Origin: Deltaproteobacteria bacterium TL4
Lineage (GTDB): Bacteria; SAR324; NAC60-12
Assembly: GCA_051382335.1 (NCBI GenBank)
Contig: JBBCAX010000147.1
Location: 1 to 37,240 of the forward strand
DNA length: 37,240 nt
Reading direction: 5' to 3'
Below the pieces are notes generated by a model. That model had not been told where the DNA came from and made no database searches. It saw nothing but the letters and a program-made list of their open reading frames with translations. The position numbers and the translations under genes are program-made. This document shows, one piece after another, positions 28,116-36,870 of this stretch; within the stretch, counting starts at the first letter, position 1; each line of letters starts with the position of its first letter.

Positions 28116-28379
28116 ATGAATGAATTTAAAAAAGCTATTGAAGCAACCGTGGAAGAAATGATTGAATTTCAAAAGAAAAAAGTTCTCAAAATTGCAAGGG
28201 AGATTGTACCCGGTGCTACTCCTGAAGACATTCGTAATCCTCAAGATTTCCCAGATCTCTATTATGATTTTTACTTCAATTATGAAGATGGAATTCTGAC
28301 AGGCTATCTTTCGGTTCAAAAAGCGATTCAAGCTCGTATAAATGAACTGATCCATCCTCTGGAACTCCACTCCGCATGA
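28116..28379 (+). CDS. Small hypothetical protein (87 aa)
   Basis: Starts 9 bp after the fliA stop; globular-looking sequence with TPEDIRNPQDFP and FNYEDGILTGY. Confidence 0.75.
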   Translation: MNEFKKAIEATVEEMIEFQKKKVLKIAREIVPGATPEDIRNPQDFPDLYYDFYFNYEDGILTGYLSVQKAIQARINELIHPLELHSA

Positions 28380-28475
28380 TTCTTTCCAGAAACAGATAAT
28401 CCGCTGAACCGCAACACTAAATTTTTTTAATCGTCAGCCTGAATCAAGCTCAGATGAGATGGCCTGTTGGCGGGA

Positions 28476-28536
28476 GGCTGAGCGAAGTTGAAGCCTATGA
28501 TTTCCGTGACTTGCAATCCCCTTCGATTCCGTTCAG
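28476..28536. repeat. Degenerate REP-like doublet
   Basis: GGCTGAGCGAAGTTGAAGCC ... CTTCGATTCCGTTCAG, imperfect inverted arms. Confidence 0.45.
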
Positions 28537-28730
28537 TGGCCCGTTCTGCTAAAAAATCATAATTAGCGAAGGTATTGAAAGTAGCTGGAAACAAGATCCT
28601 ATCCATCAAATAAATCAAAGGATTTGTGGAATTAGATTGCAATAAGAATACGACTTTTACTATAAGAGTGACTCTCTGACTATTGTTCTAAAGTGACTGA
28701 CGTTATGATCGAAGTCGAATAAGCAAAGGG

Positions 28731-29741
28731 ATGACTATGAAACCTTCAAAAATATTAATTGTCGAAGATGAATATATTGTGGCCGAGAGTCTTAAAAATA
28801 AGTTGGAAAACTTGGGGTATGAAGTGGTGGACTTGGTTAATTCAGGTGAGGACGCTATAAATAGTACCGATCAATTAAAGCCAAACCTGATCTTGATGGA
28901 TATCATGCTGGAAGGTTCGATGGATGGTGTCGAAGCCGCAGAAATTATCCATAAAACTCACGATATCCCGATTGTTTTTCTAACAGCCTATTCTGATGAA
29001 AGCACCTTACAAAGAGCGAAAGTCACCGAACCTTTTGGCTATATCATCAAGCCTTTTAAGGAGCGGGAACTCCACAGCACCATTGAAATTTCACTTTATA
29101 AATATCGCATTGATCAAAAAGTGAAAAAAAGTGAACAATGGCTGACCTCCATTTTGAATAATATCGGTGATGCGGTTATAACCGTTGATACCTTAAAAAG
29201 AATTACTTATATGAGTTCCATTGCCCAGGCATTGACAGGTTGGTCTCTGCAAGAATCGAATGGGATGCCCATCTTTCCCTTGATTCAAACAAAAGAAGCC
29301 TTTCCCACTCCTCTTTTTGAGGAAATGACTCAAAGAGCGCTCCAGGGAGAAACCATTAGTTGTCTGGTGGATCAGGTAGTTACGTTGTTATCGAAAGAAC
29401 ATCAGGAGATTCCAATAGATGTCGGTGTGGCACCGATGAGGGATGGAGAAAAAATTATTGGAGCGGTTTTAACCCTTAAGGATATTACTCAGCGAAAGCA
29501 AATGGAAAAACAGTTGGAAGAAGCACAACAAATGTTGTCTTGCTCTCTCACACCCCGAGAAAAGGAAATTCTTCAAATGATGGTCGATGGCGCCACAACC
29601 AAAGAAATCGGCTATGATCTGAATATCAGTCCTCGAACGGTTGAAGCCCACCGAAGAAATTTGATGCAGAAACTCGATGTGAGTGATATTGCGATGCTCA
29701 TCCGCAGCGCGATCATACATAAACTGGTTGATTTGCATTAG
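28731..29741 (+). CDS. Response regulator with REC-PAS-LuxR HTH architecture
   Basis: REC: ILIVEDE, LMDI, FLTAY, IKPF. PAS: IGDAVITVD...LTGW...VLTLKDITQRK. LuxR HTH: LTPREKEIL...ISPRTVEAHRRNLMQKL. Confidence 0.92.
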   Translation: MTMKPSKILIVEDEYIVAESLKNKLENLGYEVVDLVNSGEDAINSTDQLKPNLILMDIMLEGSMDGVEAAEIIHKTHDIPIVFLTAYSDESTLQRAKVTEPFGYIIKPFKERELHSTIEISLYKYRIDQKVKKSEQWLTSILNNIGDAVITVDTLKRITYMSSIAQALTGWSLQESNGMPIFPLIQTKEAFPTPLFEEMTQRALQGETISCLVDQVVTLLSKEHQEIPIDVGVAPMRDGEKIIGAVLTLKDITQRKQMEKQLEEAQQMLSCSLTPREKEILQMMVDGATTKEIGYDLNISPRTVEAHRRNLMQKLDVSDIAMLIRSAIIHKLVDLH

Positions 29742-29793
29742 GAAGTTCCCTAAGAACTTGAGAAGTTTGACTTAAAGGCGTAACGAGGTCTTT

Positions 29794-29841
29794 AAAAACT
29801 CGCAGGCCGCGCCATGATTGGGGGAGAGCACAGCCTGCGAG
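29794..29841 (-). terminator. Intrinsic terminator with a C-rich 15-nt loop
   Basis: Minus-strand RNA CUCGCAGGCUGUGC-UCUCCCCCAAUCAUG-GCGCGGCCUGCGAG-UUUUU. The 14-bp stem has two G-U pairs that form only on the minus strand. Confidence 0.8.
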
Positions 29842-29853
29842 GGGAAGGAAACC

Positions 29854-29958
29854 TTAACATCCGATTCGGATCATCACTTCTTCAGGATTTAATCTGTGAA
29901 ATGATTTGGATCGAATCATGTATCGTTCTGTAGAAAATTTATAATTGTTAGCTTTCAT
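29854..29958 (-). CDS. Unannotated 34-aa small ORF (MKANNYKFSTERYMIRSKSFHRLNPEEVMIRIGC)
   Basis: ATG preceded by AAGAGG (4-nt spacer), located between the sigma28-type promoter and the terminator. Confidence 0.55.
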   Translation of the reverse strand: MKANNYKFSTERYMIRSKSFHRLNPEEVMIRIGC

Positions 29959-30025
29959 AATGCCTCTTTTGAATGAAGTGTGTATTGAATGTTTATCAAG
30001 GGTTTATCAACTGTGCTTTTCTTTC

Positions 30026-30052
30026 TTATCGGCATGCCTTCAATTTTCTTGA
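30026..30052 (-). promoter_or_regulatory. Sigma28 (FliA)-type promoter
   Basis: Minus strand TCAA-N15-GCCGATAA: perfect -10, 3/4 match to TAAA at -35, canonical 15-nt spacing. Confidence 0.75.
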
Positions 30053-30140
30053 GTATTTTTTTTATTTTTATTAAGTTGCCTCCACCTTACTGTAAGAAAA
30101 CCTTCTTCTTTTACCAACCAAACACTCAGGTATCGGTGCT

Positions 30141-30662
30141 ATGTCCAAGGAAAACACATTCTATCCACTCAATATTGCTGTGATGACAGTTTCTGACTCA
30201 CGTACCGAGGAAACTGATAAATCGGGTCAAATGTTAGTCGATTTTTTAACTGAGGCAGGACATCACTTAGTCGAAAAAGCAATCGTTCCTGATGATCTCT
30301 ATAAAATTCGGGAAATCGTCTCTCGCTGGATTGCAGATCCCAAGGTTGAGGTCATACTTTCGACAGGAGGAACAGGCGTTACGGGGAGGGATAATACACC
30401 TGAAGCGATTGGTCCACTTTTAGATAAACACATCGAAGGCTTTGGTGAGTTATTCCGTGCCCTCTCTTTTCAGGAAATCAAAACGTCCGCAATACAATCC
30501 CGCGCGATTGCCGGTGTCGCGAACAAGACCTACCTTTTTTGTCTCCCAGGCTCCACAGGTGCTTGTAAAACAGGATGGAATCAAATTTTGGTCCATCAAT
30601 TGGATCGAAGACATCATCCTTGTAATTTCGCGGAATTGATTCCCAGACTTGGAGAAGTTTAG
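30141..30662 (+). CDS. moaB: Molybdenum cofactor biosynthesis protein B
   Basis: TVSDSR...[39 protein letters not shown]. Confidence 0.95.
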   Translation: MSKENTFYPLNIAVMTVSDSRTEETDKSGQMLVDFLTEAGHHLVEKAIVPDDLYKIREIVSRWIADPKVEVILSTGGTGVTGRDNTPEAIGPLLDKHIEGFGELFRALSFQEIKTSAIQSRAIAGVANKTYLFCLPGSTGACKTGWNQILVHQLDRRHHPCNFAELIPRLGEV

Positions 30663-31108
30663 GCCTTTCACCGTTATAATGCTTGGGGTGATGACTCCCC
30701 GGGAGTCTCCGCTCTTTTGAGCCAACGAAGCCTTGCTGGCAAGTTAGGCTCATTCCCATGATTTACACGGAAACACGGACGTTGCTGCTTTGCGTCGCAG
30801 AGTGATCAAAATCCCCAGAAAAGCAGAGGAAAGCCCTTAAATCCTCGTTCCAAAACTCTGATTGAAAACCCTTTTGTAGCCACTGTTTTAAAATAATTAT
30901 TCATAATAGCCCTATTTCTATTATAATCTATTGAAATTATTACTTAAAATAAGTAGCCTTAAAATTCAATATGCTGAAATTATTGACTAAATTATAATTA
31001 TAAAAAATATTTAAATTTTAAAAAAACCTTGTAATATTTTTAAACACCAACTAAGTAAAATTATCGTGTTCAATGGGTGATGTATTATTTACACAGGTAG
31101 GAGGCATA

Positions 31109-31600
31109 ATGTTTCAGCTAAAGTATCGAATTATTACGGATGGTCAGAGATATCGCATACAGAGAAAAGGGGGGGTGTTGTTTTTTATATGGATTGTCTG
31201 TTTCAAGTTTCAGTATTATCTTTTGAGAGGCATTGTGATTCGAGAACCTATTGAATTTGACTCAATGCGAAAAGCAAAGAAATGGATTGAGGGAGAATTT
31301 AACAGACAAACGGATAGCAAAACCTGGAGACTCGCGGAAGGCCAAGAGAGTTATTCGTGGAAGCCTATTCCCGTAACTTCACGCGCAAGGTTGGATAGGC
31401 CCCAGCAACTGAAAGTGACACCCAAAACTGATAAATTTTCAATAAAAAAAGAGCAGCAATCGGCATCTGATTCCAAACCGTCAGCGCAACCAGATGCGCC
31501 TCCTGCGCCAAAATTTCTTTCTCCAATACAAGAACTCAGAAGAGCGTCAATAACACAAACGAAACTTTTGACCTTTACGGAGCGTAAACTTTTACGTTGA
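31109..31600 (+). CDS. Hypothetical basic protein with one hydrophobic segment
   Basis: ATG 31109 follows AGGAGG (track start 31073); low-complexity P/S/Q C-terminal part. Confidence 0.6.
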   Translation: MFQLKYRIITDGQRYRIQRKGGVLFFIWIVCFKFQYYLLRGIVIREPIEFDSMRKAKKWIEGEFNRQTDSKTWRLAEGQESYSWKPIPVTSRARLDRPQQLKVTPKTDKFSIKKEQQSASDSKPSAQPDAPPAPKFLSPIQELRRASITQTKLLTFTERKLLR

Positions 31601-31699
31601 GCAAGCGGGAATAAACGTGACTCTGAATAACCAGACTTTGAGAGGATTTTCATACAAGGTCATCAAGTCTGATGAATAAAGAACAATGAAAGGAACGTT

Positions 31700-32518
31700 A
31701 TGAGTGAAAATAATGAAACCGTCTCATTTGATGGTTTGGTTTTCGAGGCCGTAAAGGTAGAGGTCAGCAATCATATCATGACGCTGACCTTGAATCGTCC
31801 TGAAAAGAAAAACGCGATTAATGCGGTGATGACAAATGAGTTGATTTATGCGTTCGATCTCGCGACACGGGAGAGAGGAATCCGAGTCATTGTCATTGCC
31901 GCGACAGGAGATCATTTTTGTTCAGGAGGGGATTTAACCTCAATGAGGACAGGGAGTTCAAGCCCCAGCCAAAGTACGGTTCCAAAACAAGGAGAAATGT
32001 CAGAAATTGTTTTGCGTATGCGTCAAGTGTGCAAACCTGTCATCATCAAAGCCCATGGTGATGTCATGGCAGGAGCCCTGATGTTTATTTGTAACGCGAC
32101 CCATGTTATTGCAGCCGAGCAGGTGACGTTCAGTGCCCCTGAAATCAAACGGGGTCTTTGGCCTTTTATGGTGATGGCAGGACTGTTTCGGGTGATGCCT
32201 CGTCGAATTGCACTGGATTTCATTATGCGAGGTTATAAAATAGACACTCAAACCGCAAAACAATATGGATTAATCAATGCGTCTGTGCCTCAAGACCAAC
32301 TGGATGAAACCGTAGCCCAATTGGCTAAGGAACTTACGAATTTGGCTCCCTCGACAATGAGATTGGGGTTGGAAGCTTTTTATCAGCAGGAGTTGATGGC
32401 TTTTGATGAGGCCATTCCTTATTTGATGAATATGCTTGGTAAAACCATTCAATCCAAGGACGCCCAGGAAGGGCTTTTGGCTTTTGCGCAAAAACGTGCG
32501 CCTGTTTGGGAATCTTAG
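31700..32518 (+). CDS. Enoyl-CoA hydratase/isomerase (crotonase) family protein
   Basis: LTLNRPEKKNAIN, FCSGGDL, KPVI, PEIKRGL, DAQEGLLAFAQKRAP. Confidence 0.93.
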   Translation: MSENNETVSFDGLVFEAVKVEVSNHIMTLTLNRPEKKNAINAVMTNELIYAFDLATRERGIRVIVIAATGDHFCSGGDLTSMRTGSSSPSQSTVPKQGEMSEIVLRMRQVCKPVIIKAHGDVMAGALMFICNATHVIAAEQVTFSAPEIKRGLWPFMVMAGLFRVMPRRIALDFIMRGYKIDTQTAKQYGLINASVPQDQLDETVAQLAKELTNLAPSTMRLGLEAFYQQELMAFDEAIPYLMNMLGKTIQSKDAQEGLLAFAQKRAPVWES

Positions 32519-33056
32519 AAAGATTCGGCCTCTTCTTTGGCTTTTTTCAGATCGCCATAAAGAGAATTCAGTTCTTTCATCCGCTCATCCAGATCGTGTG
32601 TTCGCTTCTCAACCTGATCTTCCAAGTGTTCCTTATATTGTTGTAATTCATTCTCAGCCTGCTGACGCTCATGGATTTCTTTTTCCAACTTCATGGTGTG
32701 ACGGAAGCTTTTACTGAAATAAAGCATGGTGAGCAGACTGCATAGAAGTCCCCCGGCAAGAACCATCCAAAACTGTAAATGCTGGTGAGAAGCCAAATAA
32801 GAGGAAGAAGGTGTTAGCAATAGTTTCCAGGAACGACCTCCCACTTCAAAAGAAAGGGTATGATGAAACTCGGACTCTATTTTTTCTTTGAGGAGCACCG
32901 GATCTAATCGGTGTGTGTTCCCGTGATAATCTGGTAGATAAACTGTTTTTCGGGTTCAACGGATTCGTTATACAGATAAAAATTTATGGATTCCTGAACT
33001 TCAGGACTCAAAGTATTGCGCAAAACCTGACCGATCCGAAGTACTCCAACGGAATT
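32515..33056 (-). pseudogene. Internal fragment of a CHASE-type sensor histidine kinase
   Basis: VGVLRIGQVL...FYLYN, a frameshift near 32935, then FEVGGRSWKLLLTP, a TM helix and the LEDQVEKRT...LKKAKEEAES coiled coil. It ends just before where HisKA would start. Confidence 0.7.
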
Positions 33057-33092
33057 CTGTGGCTGAGGAGTTAACGGAATTCCATAAACTTT

Positions 33093-33941
33093 TTAAGTGA
33101 TTGTCAGCGGTTCCAATGATTTGACCAATTCGTCCAAGGCTTTGAGTTGTGTTAAAAAGGGTTTGAGTTGATCCAAAGGTAAAGCGGAGGGGCCATCACA
33201 TTTGGCGTTTTCAGGGTTGGGGTGCGCTTCTAAAAACAATCCCGCAAGTCCTTGTGACATTCCTGCCAACGCGAGTTCTCGCACCCATTGTCGGCGTCCG
33301 CCTGCGGCATGACCCAGCCCTCCCGGTTGTTGTAAAGAATGGGTGACATCAAAAAAGACAGGGTATCCAAAGGATTTCATCAGGGGAAAACCCAGCATAT
33401 CGACCACCAGATTATTATAACCAAAACTGCTTCCTCGCTCACAAAGCATCAGCTTGTCATTCCCGGCTTGTTCACATTTTTTCAAGATATGTTTCATATC
33501 CAGAGGCGTGAGAAACTGTGCTTTTTTAATATTAATGGCCGCTTGGGTTTCTGCCATGGCAACCACTAAATCTGTTTGTCTGGATAAAAACGCGGGGAGT
33601 TGTAAAATATCGGCGACTTCCGCGGCGGGTTTTGCTTGAAAAGGTTCATGAACATCTGTGATGATGGGGACGTTAAAGGTTCTTTTAATTTCCTCTAGAA
33701 TTTTTAACCCAGCCTCTAATCCGGGGCCCCGAAAAGAATCAATGGAAGAGCGATTCGCTTTATCAAAGGACGCTTTAAACACATAAGGAATTTCAAGCTC
33801 TGCTGTAACTTTGCAAAATTCCTCTGCCACCCAAAAGGCCAAGTCCCGCGACTCCAGAACATTCATGCCGCCAAGCACAATAAAGGGAAGATGGTTTGCG
33901 ATATCAACGTTACGTACCTGAATAATTTTTGAAGCATTCAT
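33093..33941 (-). CDS. kdsA: 3-deoxy-8-phosphooctulonate (KDO8P) synthase
   Basis: [55 protein letters not shown]. Confidence 0.97.
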   Translation of the reverse strand: MNASKIIQVRNVDIANHLPFIVLGGMNVLESRDLAFWVAEEFCKVTAELEIPYVFKASFDKANRSSIDSFRGPGLEAGLKILEEIKRTFNVPIITDVHEPFQAKPAAEVADILQLPAFLSRQTDLVVAMAETQAAINIKKAQFLTPLDMKHILKKCEQAGNDKLMLCERGSSFGYNNLVVDMLGFPLMKSFGYPVFFDVTHSLQQPGGLGHAAGGRRQWVRELALAGMSQGLAGLFLEAHPNPENAKCDGPSALPLDQLKPFLTQLKALDELVKSLEPLTIT

Positions 33942-34198
33942 AGGGAGGCTCTCTCTTAAATCTTATACTAAAAAATTAGGTTAACAGCAGGCTTTGGGTG
34001 TGTGTTCGATTCGCTCAACTGAACCCGACTTCCAATACACTTTGTATCCATCTGTTTCTCCAAAATCAAGTTGCATCACAACGCTACTGTTGACGTCCTT
34101 CATACGAATAGCTAGTTTGGATCAGCATGATCGCACTTGTTCTAGCCCTCATCAACACGTCATCACAGGAAAATTTACAGTTAGCTCTTTTTTAACAA

Positions 34199-34293
34199 TA
34201 GACATCTTTCCAAAATAAGACTCCCTATGTCTTTAGATGCGCCCGTTGATAAGTAGACATCTTTCAAAAATAGAGACTTGTTAGGAGGTGTCT
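34199..34293. repeat. Two tiny IS-end-like elements starting TAGACATCTTTC
   Basis: TAGACATCTTTCCAAAATAA...ATGTCT (34199-34232) and TAGACATCTTTCAAAAATAG...GGTGTCT (34254-34293). The same motif occurs at 12888. Confidence 0.5.
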
Positions 34294-35159
34294 CAGGTTG
34301 TTTCCATAAGGGTATCCTCTTTCTTTTTTGATGGTTTTATCCAGACGCCATCATTTTTATACTCATCTCGAATTTCCTTTAGCTGATCCTTGACCGTGAG
34401 GAAGCGGGATTTCATCCCCATTAACCATTTGCCATGTTCCTCAACCGCATGATGAGACAGCACAATATCGTTTCCTGCCTCCATTTGAAATTTCGGAACT
34501 CCCGATTTTATCTCAATTCGGCCACGATTACTGCACAGCAGACACAATACCCTATCTCCTCCCGAAAAACGGAAACTTTGTCCTCCACATAATGGACAGC
34601 AGACCTCTTTTCTTTCGGGTTCATCTGCAAATAAAGCCTCCGCGTAATCTTTGGCAATTTGTTTAATCTTTTCATTCAACATCACTTCACCTGGTAATGC
34701 CGCAAAGATAATCCCACTTTTCATCATGGTTGTTCCTAACCCCATGAGAAACCCTTCCAAATCAAGTAGCGTTCTTCCTTCCTTGCCTTCCATTCCCGCT
34801 ATTGCAACGGCAACTGCTGGTTTTTCCCATATCTGGTCTCTATGCTTAAATAACGCTAATCCGCGGTCCAGAAAATTTTTAATGCTGGCATTGGCTCCAA
34901 ATAGATACGCGGGTGCCGCAATAATTAGGGCATCCGCTTCTTTGATCTGATCTAAAACAGTGTAGAAGTCATCTTTCAACAGACAGGATTCTTGAAATAA
35001 ACAGTTATAACAGGCATTACAGGATTTGATGTTGAAATCTTGTAATCGAATTAACCGAAGTTCATGCTCCTCTTGAATGTTACGACTGATGGCTTTGACC
35101 ATTGTTTCACAGTTTCCTGACTTTCGTGGTGAGCCAATAATTCCAAGAATTTTTTTCAT
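34293..35159 (-). CDS. Flavodoxin-like / iron-sulfur flavoprotein (NADPH-dependent FMN reductase family) with C-terminal CxxC..CxxC
   Basis: IIGSPRKSGN, CNACYNC-x4-C, AAPAY, CPLCG...CLLC. ATG 35159 follows GGAGG. Confidence 0.85.
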   Translation of the reverse strand: MKKILGIIGSPRKSGNCETMVKAISRNIQEEHELRLIRLQDFNIKSCNACYNCLFQESCLLKDDFYTVLDQIKEADALIIAAPAYLFGANASIKNFLDRGLALFKHRDQIWEKPAVAVAIAGMEGKEGRTLLDLEGFLMGLGTTMMKSGIIFAALPGEVMLNEKIKQIAKDYAEALFADEPERKEVCCPLCGGQSFRFSGGDRVLCLLCSNRGRIEIKSGVPKFQMEAGNDIVLSHHAVEEHGKWLMGMKSRFLTVKDQLKEIRDEYKNDGVWIKPSKKKEDTLMETT

Positions 35160-35346
35160 ATCCGCCTCCATTTATTAACGATACAACCGGTTTACCCCCA
35201 GAACTTGTCTTTCACAAAATGTGCTTAAGCCTCAAAGTGCCGCATAATGTGATTTTTATCTCAAAACTCACTATTAAACAAGATCAGCTCATTAAATGGG
35301 ACGGAAAGAGTTATCAAAAACTAAAAGGGGGGAAATAATATTTTCC

Positions 35347-35375
35347 TTGACATCGTGTTAGCACTCTATTATAAT
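35347..35375 (+). promoter_or_regulatory. Consensus sigma70 promoter of hsp20
   Basis: TTGACA (35347-35352)-N17-TATAAT (35370-35375). Confidence 0.9.
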
Positions 35376-35384
35376 GAGTGCTAA
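35358..35384. promoter_or_regulatory. CIRCE element (HrcA operator)
   Basis: Perfect TTAGCACTC-N9-GAGTGCTAA upstream of a heat-shock gene. Confidence 0.95.
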
Positions 35385-35428
35385 CATAATCATAAATCAT
35401 TCACAATAACCGATTAAACAAAGAGGTC

Positions 35429-35845
35429 ATGATGAAATCATTAAGCATTTGTCCAACCCACCGCTATTATCCCGTACATTCTCTTTTTGAGAACATTTTT
35501 GGAGATCTGAGTTCAGACAATTTTTCATTGAACTCCTACCGAATGAGCGTGGATGTTCAAGACGCGGAAGACGCAATTCATTTGTATGCGGATGTTCCAG
35601 GAGTCAAGAAGGAGGATATCAAGATATCTATCGAGGATGGTGTCTTGAGCATTAAAGGGGAACGGAACGTAGAAAAGAAAGAATTCAACAGTACCGAGCG
35701 TGTGCATGGCACTTTTCAGCGTCAATTTAGATTGCCGAATGAAGTCAATGAAGAAGAGATCCAGGCTGAGTTAAAGGACGGTGTACTTAAGGTGACCATT
35801 CCCAAAGCGGAAAAGAGTAAACCGAGAAAAATCACGATCAACTGA
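35429..35845 (+). CDS. Hsp20/alpha-crystallin small heat-shock protein
   Basis: ADVPGVKKEDI, LSIKGER, ERVHGTFQRQFRLP, AELKDGVLKVTIPK, C-terminal ITI. Confidence 0.95.
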   Translation: MMKSLSICPTHRYYPVHSLFENIFGDLSSDNFSLNSYRMSVDVQDAEDAIHLYADVPGVKKEDIKISIEDGVLSIKGERNVEKKEFNSTERVHGTFQRQFRLPNEVNEEEIQAELKDGVLKVTIPKAEKSKPRKITIN

Positions 35846-35904
35846 TTTTTATTTAAAAAATTAACGACCCGTGGGGCTTGGTCGTAAGTTCGGCCATTTT
35901 GATG

Positions 35905-35970
35905 GTAGCCCTGGGTTTCGTCACAGGGGATACCGCACACATTGTTCCTCGGGGCGAAACCCGAGGCTAC
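35905..35970. repeat. GTAG-type REP doublet (third GTAG family)
   Basis: GTAGCCCTGGGTTTCGTCACAGGGG ... CCTCGGGGCGAAACCCGAGGCTAC. Confidence 0.65.
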
Positions 35971-36084
35971 CCTTGGCTGAAGTTAGACCCAAGCCCTCAT
36001 TACCTTAAGAAATTAAGATTTCGATTAAGAAAATTGACTGTCCCGTTAAGTCGGTAGCCTTTAAAGAGTGGAGTTTATGGAATT

Positions 36085-36312
36085 ATGTCTTTATTTGTTG
36101 CGGAAATCTGGTTCAGGTTCAAAGAATATTTCTTTTCAGTCTATCAAAACAGCCTGACTGAATTGGGAATGTTCGCGGTGACGCTCTTTTTGATATTCTT
36201 TGCCCGAAGTATCGCGTCAAGATATGCAATACGCAAAGCCCGTTTTCAACTTCCTGCCCTGAATAAACGCCAAAAAGGAGGTTGGTTCGTAGCTAAATTT
36301 CAAAAAAAATAA
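36085..36312 (+). CDS. Small single-TM hypothetical protein
   Basis: 75 aa, one hydrophobic helix followed by a basic tail; GGAG/GGA upstream. Confidence 0.55.
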   Translation: MSLFVAEIWFRFKEYFFSVYQNSLTELGMFAVTLFLIFFARSIASRYAIRKARFQLPALNKRQKGGWFVAKFQKK

Positions 36313-36366
36313 AGCGGAAATCCGGATCCTCCCCAGTGAGGTTTCATCGCTCAACGATTAATGGAA

Positions 36367-36870
36367 TCACCGGCTTCCTGTGAAGTCTTGAAGGTAACGC
36401 AGCAAGACTTTCGGAGACTTAGACGGCTTATTTTCTTTTTCTTCTTTTTGTGAATTTCGCACCAAGTGACGAATTTTCTGAATATCGATTTCAGGATAAT
36501 TACCCAGAATTTCATCAAGAATGGAGGGGGCTCCTTCCAGTAATTTTTTCCACCAGTGTTCTAACAGTTGAAAACGTTCTGATTTACCAGGGGTCTCCTG
36601 CCCCAGGCCTTCTTGGACGCTTTGTCCACTCTCAGACTCGTACTCTTTCAAAAGGGCTCCAATGTATCGTATCTGCCGACGATAGGCCATTTTTTTAAGA
36701 GAACGCGCGGATTCAATTTCTTGTTTTATGGACGCAGAAAGATCCGTTTGTTTTAATATTGAGTTCGATTGTTCGGCAAGATGCTCTGCAATTTTTTGCA
36801 ACTCTTTCATCTCTCGTTTTTTTTGTGATTTACTTTTCTTTTGAACATAATCTTCATCAAGGTCTTCCAT
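36367..36870 (-). CDS. darP: Ribosome biogenesis factor DarP/YjgA (DUF615)
   Basis: KSKSQKKREMKELQ, RRQIRYIG, LEHWWKKLL, DIQKIRHLVRN...KE....KP.KS. Likely start ATG 36870. Confidence 0.85.
   Translation of the reverse strand: MEDLDEDYVQKKSKSQKKREMKELQKIAEHLAEQSNSILKQTDLSASIKQEIESARSLKKMAYRRQIRYIGALLKEYESESGQSVQEGLGQETPGKSERFQLLEHWWKKLLEGAPSILDEILGNYPEIDIQKIRHLVRNSQKEEKENKPSKSPKVLLRYLQDFTGSR

Noticed and set aside
29742..30140. Moco riboswitch upstream of moaB
   Set aside because: The structured elements pair and terminate on the minus strand and are better explained by the sigma28 unit; no Moco consensus was recognised.
29989..30183. 64-aa hydrophobic track ORF
   Set aside because: It runs through a T-rich divergent promoter region, overlaps moaB out of frame and has no clear RBS.
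598..36698. Numerous 60-200 aa track ORFs nested in or antisense to long genes (e.g. 15465-16082, 22831-23427, 25514-25978)
   Set aside because: Shadow frames of well-supported CDSs, with no independent motifs or RBS.
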